A program made the translations under genes and the position numbers. Shown in pieces: positions 1-7,499 of a DNA stretch of 64,000 bases. Source of the DNA: Actinomycetes bacterium (GTDB taxonomy: Bacteria; Actinomycetota; Acidimicrobiia; Acidimicrobiales; JAJYXR01). Within the stretch, counting starts at the first letter, position 1; the number at the start of each line of letters is the position of its first letter. The DNA is taken from positions 1,766 to 65,765 of the forward strand of contig JAJYXW010000123.1 of NCBI GenBank assembly GCA_021801525.1. The letters run 5' to 3'. The notes under the pieces are model-generated. The model did not search any database. It saw nothing but the letters and a program-made list of their open reading frames with translations, and was not told the DNA's origin.

Positions 1-903
1 GATGCCGATGGCGGGACCGGCATAGGCCACGCCCGAGCCACCATGGATTCCTGCCCGGTAGACGCAGCAGTCGCAGTTCATGGTGGCGGTTCCCGAGCGT
101 GCCTGGTCGTAACGATGCCAGACCAGGGCGTGCAGGCGCGGGTCGGGCGACAGCTCGCGCCCGATCAGCACTCTGCAGCCTGCATGCTCGCGCTCCCATT
201 CGAGCGCCTCGCTCGCTATCCGGTCCATCAGCACGCCTCGGAACAAGAAGTACGGCTGAACGGTGATGCTCCGCGCGCCGAGGCGGTGGCAGCGCCCGAG
301 CGCTCCCGCCACTCCTGGCTCGGCGAGCGAGACGAACGCAGGCTCGACAAGGCCGAGCGACGGGCTCGGCTGGTCGGCGGTCGCCCCACCCGCTCCCATC
401 CCGAGCCCGCGACCGTCGGCCAGGAGCCTGGCAACCTTGTGAAGGTCCGCGTTGGCATCGGGGTCGCTAGAGCCCCGTCCGACGAGCACGACGGCGTCCG
501 TCTCGGCACCGCCGGCTTCGCATGCCCTGTCCGCCGCGACGTCGAGGACCGCCGGGTGCACCCCTAGGGCCGGTGCGTAGGCAGCGTCGAGGTGCGGGTG
601 ACGCCTTCGTGCGCGAGCCAGGGCCTGGGGTCCGTCGTCCTTCAGATGGCCGGCCCCGAGCAGGACGAGCGGTACAGCGACGAGCTGCCTGCTGCCGGAG
701 GCGATGAGGGGATCGGAGCCGAGGAGCATGTCGATGCCGTCGTCGAGGTCTGGCTCGGCGTGCTCGATTATGCCCAAGCCGACGGGGATGTCCCGTCGCT
801 GGGCGCTCACCTGCTCTGCGAACTGCCGCAGCTGCGACAACCCGGTCGCGGAGCGGGTACCGTGCCCGATCAAGAACGCAGCTGGCGGGTACATCTCAGA
901 CAT
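1..903 (-). CDS. cbiX: sirohydrochlorin cobaltochelatase, long CbiX type (C-terminal end runs off window)
   Basis: Manual minus-strand translation from ATG 903-901 gives MSEMYPPAAFLIGHGTRSATG...VVLVGRGSSDPDAN...MNCDCCVY. It shows two CbiX-like halves plus a Cys-rich tail. There is no stop inside the window, so the ORF is absent from the track. The ATG lies 3 nt after the cobH stop. Confidence 0.75.
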   Translation of the reverse strand, partial: MSEMYPPAAFLIGHGTRSATGLSQLRQFAEQVSAQRRDIPVGLGIIEHAEPDLDDGIDMLLGSDPLIASGSRQLVAVPLVLLGAGHLKDDGPQALARARRRHPHLDAAYAPALGVHPAVLDVAADRACEAGGAETDAVVLVGRGSSDPDANADLHKVARLLADGRGLGMGAGGATADQPSPSLGLVEPAFVSLAEPGVAGALGRCHRLGARSITVQPYFLFRGVLMDRIASEALEWEREHAGCRVLIGRELSPDPRLHALVWHRYDQARSGTATMNCDCCVYRAGIHGGSGVAYAGPAIGI

Positions 904-1516
904 CGGGTTCCTCTCGGGCGGCCAGGCGCGCCAGGGCGTTCAGCACGGACGCACCCGCTGCGGACCCACCCCGCTCACCGACGTTCGATATGACGGCAAC
1001 GCCCGCGTCTGCGCAGACCTCGATAGCGCGGGCTTTGGAAACGGCAGCACCCACGAAGCCGACTGGCAGGGCTACCACGAGAGACGGCACGCATGCTCCC
1101 CTCGAGATGAGGGCAGAGAGCTCCTCGAGCGCGCTGGGGGCGCAAGCGACGGCAAAGATCGCACCTCGCGGGTGAGCCTCTGCTGCCAGGCGTATACCGC
1201 GGGCGCTGCGCGTCGGGAACCCTCCGGCGAGGGGCTCGCACTGCCGGAGGTGGCAGCAGGATTCGAGCGTCGAGATCCCCGCCCTCAGCATCTCGACGTC
1301 GCAGACGATCTGAGCGCCCGAGGCTATAGCCCGGACGCCGGCATCGACGGCGTGCTCCGGCGCGACGAGCGACGCGGCTAGGTCCAGGTCGGCCGTGGCA
1401 TGCGCGACCCGCGACACTATGGCAGCGACCGGGGGGGGCACCGACGAGAGGTCCATGCGAGCAGCGAGCAGGCGGTAGCTCTCCGCCTCGATCGGGTGAA
1501 CAGCTCTGCTGTTCAC
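896..1516 (-). CDS. cobH: precorrin-8X methylmutase (CobH/CbiC)
   Basis: The C-terminal ~206 aa of ORF 896..1786 (VNSRAVHPIEAESYRLL...VVALPVGFVGA...) is CbiC-like. The start is set at GTG 1516-1514, which overlaps the ferredoxin stop as GTGA. The upstream 90 codons of the track ORF look like a non-coding extension. Confidence 0.8.
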   Translation of the reverse strand: MNSRAVHPIEAESYRLLAARMDLSSVPPPVAAIVSRVAHATADLDLAASLVAPEHAVDAGVRAIASGAQIVCDVEMLRAGISTLESCCHLRQCEPLAGGFPTRSARGIRLAAEAHPRGAIFAVACAPSALEELSALISRGACVPSLVVALPVGFVGAAVSKARAIEVCADAGVAVISNVGERGGSAAGASVLNALARLAAREEPDV

Positions 1517-1758
1517 AGCCCAGGCGCCTCGAGTAGCCCAGCCGCCTCGAGCAGCCCAGCCACGGGAATGCGCCGGGCGATCGCGCAGTCGGCTCTCGCC
1601 GACAGAGCGCCACGAGGACAGATCTCCACGCAATCGAGGCAGCCGTTGCACAGGTCGGGGACGAGCACCGGCCGAAATGGCGCTGGTGTCAGGGCGCGGC
1701 AGGGACACGTGGCGATGCAGGCACCACATGCGGTGCAGCTCGGGTCGATCTCTATCAC
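1513..1758 (-). CDS. 2x[4Fe-4S] dicluster ferredoxin-like protein
   Basis: Two CxxCxxCxxxCP motifs are present (CTACGACIATCP and CNGCLDCVEICP). The stop overlaps the cobH GTG. The start is ambiguous: GTG 1758, or GTG 1824 close to the IS junction. The track start at 1851 lies inside tnpB and is not credible. Confidence 0.6.
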   Translation of the reverse strand: MIEIDPSCTACGACIATCPCRALTPAPFRPVLVPDLCNGCLDCVEICPRGALSARADCAIARRIPVAGLLEAAGLLEAPGL

Positions 1759-1837
1759 GTACCGGGCGGCGGGCGAGGTGCGCCAATCTCCTTGCGCAGC
1801 CGCGTACGGCGCCCCGCGTCTCACCGGAACCGTTCCT

Positions 1838-3799
1838 CTACGAGGTAGCACTTAGGACAGTGCTCCTCGGGCCGGCACGAACGGTCTTTGCCGACCTGGC
1901 TTCCCGCAGTCCCACATTGCCAGTCCGGGTCTTACGTCCCTTCACGGGTACACCCTTGTGCCGCAGTGGCTTACTGGTTGCGTGATCATGACGATTGCCC
2001 GGAGACTCCGACGTGCCCACGTGATAGCTCACCGCACCAGCAGTGCTACTGGCGTTCTCCGACACCTCTGCTGCTTCGATCCGCTGGTCGGGTGCGGTTA
2101 CATCTGGTGTTGCTCGTGAACGGCGCCGGGCTGGGTGACCGAGTGCTCGCCTCCCGAGGACCACCGCTGCTGCGGTGTGTCCCGAGACCTTGTGCTGCTT
2201 AGAAGAAAGGGGTCCCTGCCAGTAGGCCTTGCCCCAGATGGAGGAGTACGCGGCCGGGACACCAGCGACAGCGAGCCCACGCCTCGATGCCATAGCCACG
2301 AGCCTGTTGCGTACCTGTGCAGTGGGTATCCCGCAGACCACCTTCCTGAACCACTTGCGGCTGCCGAAGTCCTCACGACCCGTAGCCCGCATCTCTGAGA
2401 ACCCGAGGTTCTCTGCCACGAGGAGCTTGCAGCCGTACTCTTCGGCCAGGTCCAATGCACGGGTGAGGGCTTGGCGGAGATGCCCGTCACGGGTGGTGGC
2501 CGGAAGGTCCTCTGTGAGAAGTGGGATGTGGTCCAGCCTCACGATCGGGTTACCGGATCTGTCCAGGACCGCCGGGGCCAAGAACCCGTTGTTCAGGTCC
2601 AACGACAGCACACGCAGGCCTGGATCTCTGAGTAGGTCCGACAGCGCCGGCACAACCGGTGATGCAGCCGGCGTGAAGGATGCATCCAGGTAGACCCGGC
2701 CCCTCTCGCCAAACATCACGTTGTATGCAACGGCCCGGTTCGCCTCCACCTGGGAGAGCCACTCGTCCTGGCGGTAGGAGAAGGCAACCAACGCATCGAA
2801 TCGGTATCGGGTGACCCCTCGTGCTGTCACGTTGGCCAGATGCGCTAGTGCCGGAGGTAAGTCCATCTCCAGGGTCCCATCCGGGGAGACCCTGATGGTC
2901 TCGTTGCCGTATTGCTTACCGGCCTCGCCGTTTGCGCCGAAGGACCAGCGCTTCGCGTGCCAACGGGCACGCCACTCCTCATCAGTCGTACCTGCCTCAG
3001 CAAGGTGCAGCCTGTTCTTGAGGAGCCCCTTCCCACCACGGGTGATATGAACCCGGCCGGATGCGATGTCTGCTTCTAGGGCCAGAGCCTCTCTACGCAG
3101 ATGCTCGAGCCTTCGGCGTTTCATCGCGTGCTCGTGGGTACTCCGGTATCCGAAGTCGAGGTGGCGCACTCTGCGGCTCTCTGCCTTCGCGGCCTCCCGT
3201 TCCTTCTCCAGGAGCACTTTCCGTTCGGAAGCGCTGCGCACAGGTAGGGCGAGCTTCTTCTCGACCACAGAGGCGGCCTTGTTCTTATCGGCAAGTGCCC
3301 GGAGCTGGTTCCTGCGAGCGAGGCTGTAGGCGTCATTCGAGGACTTCGTGATCCACCCTGCCCACCTGGAGGAGCACTCGGAGGTGAGATGCTGCTTCCT
3401 AATCCCCCAAAGCACAGTCTCAGCCGAGGGAGGACGGGACTTGATGTGCTTGGCAGGGCTCTTCGTTGAGCCTCCGGGCACCTTCTCTCCCGGCATCTTC
3501 TCACCCGGAGCCCGGTACTTGCCCAGAAGCACCCCGATGTAGCCGGCCAGTGCGCAAATGGCCTTGGCCTCGTCGGAAATGCCCTTGCACACAGCAGCGA
3601 GGTCCCTGCCCTGGAGCCAGTCGTTGTGCTCCGCCAGTGCTACTAGCACTACCATGTCCGCCATCGAGTACCGGAGCCGAGTCCGTATCCGCATCGTTGA
3701 TGCCGCCGGTGCCTGCTCCACACCGGCAACCGGGTAGCGCACCTTGTGCCGCAGCTTACCCGGCTTACCCGGCTTACCCGGCTTGCGGGACTTACTCAC
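1838..3799 (-). CDS. tnpB: TnpB-related protein (IS200/IS605/IS607 accessory, RuvC-like), atypical long form
   Basis: RuvC-I-like LSLDLNNG and RuvC-II-like LVAENLG motifs are present. The region where the Zn ribbon and RuvC-III are expected reads AAYSSIWGKAYWQGPLSSKQHKVSGHTAAAVVLGRR. It sits 12 nt downstream of tnpA on the same strand. Confidence 0.8.
   Translation of the reverse strand: MSKSRKPGKPGKPGKLRHKVRYPVAGVEQAPAASTMRIRTRLRYSMADMVVLVALAEHNDWLQGRDLAAVCKGISDEAKAICALAGYIGVLLGKYRAPGEKMPGEKVPGGSTKSPAKHIKSRPPSAETVLWGIRKQHLTSECSSRWAGWITKSSNDAYSLARRNQLRALADKNKAASVVEKKLALPVRSASERKVLLEKEREAAKAESRRVRHLDFGYRSTHEHAMKRRRLEHLRREALALEADIASGRVHITRGGKGLLKNRLHLAEAGTTDEEWRARWHAKRWSFGANGEAGKQYGNETIRVSPDGTLEMDLPPALAHLANVTARGVTRYRFDALVAFSYRQDEWLSQVEANRAVAYNVMFGERGRVYLDASFTPAASPVVPALSDLLRDPGLRVLSLDLNNGFLAPAVLDRSGNPIVRLDHIPLLTEDLPATTRDGHLRQALTRALDLAEEYGCKLLVAENLGFSEMRATGREDFGSRKWFRKVVCGIPTAQVRNRLVAMASRRGLAVAGVPAAYSSIWGKAYWQGPLSSKQHKVSGHTAAAVVLGRRALGHPARRRSRATPDVTAPDQRIEAAEVSENASSTAGAVSYHVGTSESPGNRHDHATSKPLRHKGVPVKGRKTRTGNVGLREARSAKTVRAGPRSTVLSATS
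1841..1869 (-). other. imperfect hairpin abutting the tnpB stop codon (candidate IS right-end / omega-RNA 3' stem)
   Basis: The minus strand reads CGAGGAGCACT-GTCCTA-AGTGCTACCTCG: an 11-bp stem with one bulged T and a 6-nt loop, followed directly by the TAG stop (1840-1838). Confidence 0.35.
3755..3790 (-). repeat. 9-nt tandem repeat x3 plus one degenerate copy (encodes KPGKPGKPG at the TnpB N-terminus)
   Basis: The plus strand shows cttacccgg x3, then cttgcggga. Confidence 0.8.
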
Positions 3800-3811
3800 G
3801 GGGCCATCTTC

Positions 3812-4429
3812 TCATCGGGGTGTATCAGGGCCATTCAGGGCCATCGGCCCGATGTTGCGAGCAGCGCACCTGAGTGCCTTCTCGGCACGGTTGCGGGCTG
3901 ACCTGCGCCCGTAGAGACGGGCGCAGAACGAGGTGAGCACCTCGGTCATGTCACGGACCAGGTCGTCTGTCACCTCGCCGTCATCGACGACGACCAGCCT
4001 CCGGCCATGTGCAGAGAGCGCTGCCTCTACGAGCTCGGTGTTCATCCGACCGAGCCGGTCCCTGTGCTCTACCACCACCACCTGCACCTTCGGGTCGGCA
4101 AGTATCCGCCGCACCTTGGAACGAGACCCGTTCATCCCAGATCCGACCTCTGCCTCTATCCGCTCCACCCGCACTCCCTCCCTGGCTGCCCACTCCGAGA
4201 GCCGGGCCACCTGGCGATCCAGGTCAGCCTTTTGATCATGAGACGACACCCGTGCGTATAGTCCGACGCTGCCCTCTCCCGCTACCCGCGCAGCCATACC
4301 GGGATCGTCTACAAGGATCACCCTGGCGTTGATCTGGCGTGCTGGCACCGGCAAGGTACCTTCCCGCCACCAGCGATACGCAGTCTTCGGATGCACACCG
4401 TTCGTCCTTGCCCAGTCGGATAGCTTCAC
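3812..4429 (-). CDS. tnpA: IS607-family serine recombinase transposase (MerR-like HTH + resolvase catalytic domain)
   Basis: The N-terminal HTH reads MKLSDWARTNGVHPKTAYRWWREG. The serine-recombinase motif reads GLYARVSSHDQKADLDRQ. The start codon is GTG. Confidence 0.88.
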   Translation of the reverse strand: MKLSDWARTNGVHPKTAYRWWREGTLPVPARQINARVILVDDPGMAARVAGEGSVGLYARVSSHDQKADLDRQVARLSEWAAREGVRVERIEAEVGSGMNGSRSKVRRILADPKVQVVVVEHRDRLGRMNTELVEAALSAHGRRLVVVDDGEVTDDLVRDMTEVLTSFCARLYGRRSARNRAEKALRCAARNIGPMALNGPDTPR

Positions 4430-4461
4430 GTCACCGTGTTACCACAAACACGTGTCCGTTA

Positions 4462-6216
4462 CTACACAGCACCATCTAGGTGAGCAGTTCGATACCCCCT
4501 AGGTGTCACCATACGCCCGTTCACCACCTGCGTCGTGGAGCTTCCTACGACAACGCAGGTGGTCATGCCTACATCGTCGGGATCGAGGTCTCCCAAGGTC
4601 GTCATCTCCACACGAGCGCCGGCGCGGTAGGCATCTGTCACCACGCCGACGGGCGTAGCTGCTGGCCGGTGGCGGAGCAGCAGCTCCCGCGCACGCTCGA
4701 GCTGGGAAGCCCGCCTTGCCGAGCGAGGGTTGTACAGGGCAACCGGGAGATCGGCCGTACCAGCGGCCTCTATGCGCGCTTCGATCATCTCCCAGGGAGT
4801 GAGCAGGTCCGACAGGCTTACCACCGCGTGGTCGTGTCCCAGGGGCGCCCCGAGCAGCGCCGCAGAGGCAAGGGCGGCAGTGACGCCTGGCAAGATCGCG
4901 ATGTCGACAGCGCAGTAGGCAGGCCTGCCTGCCAGCTCGAGTGCCGGAGAGGCCATGGCGTACACACCGGGGTCGCCGGAGCACACGAGCGCCACCGTTC
5001 TGCCCTCCGCTGCGATCTCGAGCGCGGCTTCGCAACGCTCGCGCTCGGCTCCAAGGGGAAAGCTGAGCACTTGCTGGTGTGCTTCGAGCAGGTCCCGGCA
5101 CTGCTCCACGTACCCCTCGTAGCCGATGACGACCTCGGCGCGCCGTATAGCGCGGGCTGCAGCGAATGTCCTCTGGGCAGGGTCGCCCGGTCCGATCCCT
5201 ACGATGCTCAGCTTCCCCGGAGGGCCCTTGCGACGAGCAATGGCTACGGTTGCATCGCGCGAGGAGCGCTTCGGCGACACCAACGTGGAGCCGGGCCCGC
5301 CCGCTAGCAGGGCGGCGGCTTCGGCGACGCTCGGAGTCCCCACGGCCTCGGCTACGGTCTTGCTCGGATTGGGGACGTCGACCTGTGAGAGCTCAGCTGC
5401 GCCAAAGGAGCGTACGGGGAGCCCGAGCGCGACCACAGCCGGCTCCTCGCGCCGGCGGTCTATCGTGGCGATCTCCGCAACCGAGGCGCGCGCGAGGCCG
5501 GCGGCGGACAGGGCTTCATCCAGCAGGTACGCGAGCTCCTCGGGTGGTGCGCCACGCGAGGTCCCCACTCCTGCGACGAGCGATGGCGGATGGAGGACCA
5601 CACCGTGCTCTCGAGCGTCGCCGAGCTCGTCGGTAACAACTACGCGTACAACCCCCTGATCGAGGCGGCATGCCTCCAGGCCGCTCGCTTCGCCGGGCGA
5701 GGCGGCCGCATGGAGTTGTGGAGCATCCTCCCTGATCAGTCTGCCGAGTGCGACGGGGAGTGGCCAGCCGATGGGCGAGAAGGCTTCGAGGGCGGCGCCG
5801 TCGAGCAGCATCCGGGAGGCGCCCGCGATGTCGCCCGCGGCGGTATACCCAGGTAGGGCGTCGAGAGCAGGGATACCTCGGGCATCGGCGGCAGTGGTGA
5901 TCACAGGGCGAGCTCCTATGTACCCCGCTACCTCGCGTGCGAGCGCATTGGCCCCCGCTGCGTGGCCTCCGAGCAGCGCGATAGCGCTCTCGCCGCGATC
6001 ATCGACGCAGACTACGGCCGGGTCGCTCCCCTTGGTGCCGAGAAGCGGGGCGATGATCCTTACTGCGGCGCCCGTCGCTATCACCATGATCAGCGCGTCC
6101 ACGGATTGCCAATGCCCCCGCGCGTTAGCGGCGGCGTCCCCGTGGAGGTGCTCGTAGGGCAAGGCATCGCCGATGGCCCGGCCGGCCTCTGTGACGCTCA
6201 GCGTGAGGATTCTCAC
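4462..6216 (-). CDS. cbiH: CbiG (cobalt-precorrin-5A hydrolase-like) fused to precorrin-3B C17-methyltransferase (CbiH/CobJ)
   Basis: The N-terminal ~330 aa are CbiG-like (VIATGAAVRIIAPLL...). The C-terminal half is a tetrapyrrole methylase (LSIVGIGPGDPAQRT...SGDPGVYAM). The GTG start overlaps the cobL stop as GTGA. Confidence 0.85.
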   Translation of the reverse strand: MRILTLSVTEAGRAIGDALPYEHLHGDAAANARGHWQSVDALIMVIATGAAVRIIAPLLGTKGSDPAVVCVDDRGESAIALLGGHAAGANALAREVAGYIGARPVITTAADARGIPALDALPGYTAAGDIAGASRMLLDGAALEAFSPIGWPLPVALGRLIREDAPQLHAAASPGEASGLEACRLDQGVVRVVVTDELGDAREHGVVLHPPSLVAGVGTSRGAPPEELAYLLDEALSAAGLARASVAEIATIDRRREEPAVVALGLPVRSFGAAELSQVDVPNPSKTVAEAVGTPSVAEAAALLAGGPGSTLVSPKRSSRDATVAIARRKGPPGKLSIVGIGPGDPAQRTFAAARAIRRAEVVIGYEGYVEQCRDLLEAHQQVLSFPLGAERERCEAALEIAAEGRTVALVCSGDPGVYAMASPALELAGRPAYCAVDIAILPGVTAALASAALLGAPLGHDHAVVSLSDLLTPWEMIEARIEAAGTADLPVALYNPRSARRASQLERARELLLRHRPAATPVGVVTDAYRAGARVEMTTLGDLDPDDVGMTTCVVVGSSTTQVVNGRMVTPRGYRTAHLDGAV

Positions 6217-7499
6217 GATCGGTCCCCGCCCGAGGCGGAAGTGTCGGCGGAGCCGCTAGCAGGCTCGGGGCCCCAAGCCACGAAGACGGGGTTCTCCGCT
6301 GCCAGGCGCCACGAGCCGTCCTCCAAGGGAGCGGCCCTGGCAAGACCTATCTGGACCAGGTTGCCGAGCTTCGTGGCGGCATCGGACGCCCTTCCCAGGG
6401 AGGCGAAGCTGGCCACCACCGTGCCGCCCGGCCTCATCCTCGCGATCACGGCGTCGAGCACCGAAGGGCCGCCGCCCCCGACGAAGGCGCGGTCCGGGTC
6501 AGGCAGGCGGACCAGGACCTCGGGTGCGCGCCCCTCGATCACGTGCACCGCGACGGAGTGATTCGAGGCGTTGGCCGCGACACGGGCGGCAGAAGGTGGA
6601 TCGGCCTCGACGGCGAAGACCGCGAGCCCGGGGCACAGCCGTGCGCACTCGACTGCGACGGAGCCGCTACCGGCTCCCACGTCCCAGAGGACACCGGACG
6701 GTGGGAGTGCCAGCTTGCCGAGCACGACGGCCCTGACCTCGGCCTTGGTCACCATGCCGGCGCGGTGCGCGAATGCGCTGTCGGGGAGCCCCCACGCCAG
6801 TGGCGCCTGGGCCTGCCAGCCGAGGATCGGAAGGCCTCCGGGGCCAACGATGATGAGCACCGACAGGGGGTCGAAGCTTCCCCGGGCGAGACTGTCCAGG
6901 TCCATCTCGGCGACGAGCTCGTCTTCCGTGCCGAGATTGCTGCACACTGCCACGAGGTCCGCAGATGCCCGCATCTCGCGCAAGGCTCGTCCGATCACCT
7001 CCGGCGGGTTGTCGGGAGAGGTGAGAACAGCGGCCTTGCGCGCACCTCGCAGGAGGGCGACTGCTGCATCGAGGGGTCTGCCGTGGGCGGACACGACCAG
7101 CGCGTCGTCCCAGGGCAGGCCGATGCTCGCGAAGGCGAGAGAGACCGAGGAGCGAGCAGGCAGCACCCTTACCCGGCTGCGCTCCACGACGCCGAGCACT
7201 CTGCGCAGAACCCCGAAGAACCCCGGGTCCCCGGAAGCCAGGAGCACCGCAGGCTGCCTGTCCGCCACGAGATGAGCGAGCTCGCCCAGAGCGCGGCCGA
7301 TGTCTCCTGTGAGGTCCACGGATCGCTGGGCGGATGACCTGGGGGCACGATGGCGCTCCCAGGCTGCAAGGAGGCGCCTTCCTCCCACCACCAGCCTCGC
7401 CCGGACAAGGGAGTCCATTGCATCGGCACCGAGGCGCGAAAGGTCGTCCCCCTCGACGCCTATCACCGTGAGGGCGTTGCAGGCTCGCTCGTCAGGCAC
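6213..7499 (-). CDS. cobL: precorrin-6Y C5,15-methyltransferase (decarboxylating), CbiE+CbiT fusion
   Basis: It has a CbiE-like N-terminus (LTVIGVEGDD...SGDPGFFG) and a CbiT-like SAM-methyltransferase C-terminus (VLWDVGAGSGSVAVE). Confidence 0.85.
   Translation of the reverse strand: MPDERACNALTVIGVEGDDLSRLGADAMDSLVRARLVVGGRRLLAAWERHRAPRSSAQRSVDLTGDIGRALGELAHLVADRQPAVLLASGDPGFFGVLRRVLGVVERSRVRVLPARSSVSLAFASIGLPWDDALVVSAHGRPLDAAVALLRGARKAAVLTSPDNPPEVIGRALREMRASADLVAVCSNLGTEDELVAEMDLDSLARGSFDPLSVLIIVGPGGLPILGWQAQAPLAWGLPDSAFAHRAGMVTKAEVRAVVLGKLALPPSGVLWDVGAGSGSVAVECARLCPGLAVFAVEADPPSAARVAANASNHSVAVHVIEGRAPEVLVRLPDPDRAFVGGGGPSVLDAVIARMRPGGTVVASFASLGRASDAATKLGNLVQIGLARAAPLEDGSWRLAAENPVFVAWGPEPASGSADTSASGGDRS

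Larger units (their letters stand above)
1830..4460 (-). mobile_element. IS607-family insertion sequence (tnpA serine recombinase + tnpB-related gene); boundaries approximate
   Basis: tnpA and tnpB lie in tandem between the cbiG/H stop (4462-4464) and the ferredoxin gene. Only 32 nt separate the cbiG/H stop from the tnpA start. An AACGG pentamer is present at both junctions (1830-1834 and 4456-4460). No long terminal inverted repeats are seen, as expected for IS607. Confidence 0.8.

Noticed and set aside
43-993. Plus-strand ORFs 43-567, 522-707, 592-993 and 704-1381 at the window start.
   Set aside because: They overlap the minus-strand cbiX and cobH genes, which have clear family motifs. 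Their own translations are low-complexity.
4156-4164. A 9-nt match (ctatccgct) inside tnpA to the terminal repeat of the 34.07-kb hairpin element, hinting that the hairpin element might be a derivative of this IS.
   Set aside because: The match is only 9 nt, lies within coding sequence and has no extended similarity on either side. It is consistent with chance.
1830-4460. The AACGG pentamers at both IS junctions as a bona fide target-site duplication.
   Set aside because: IS607-family elements are generally reported not to make duplications. A 5-mer shared between two about 30-40-nt windows is expected by chance. It is kept only as a tentative boundary guide.
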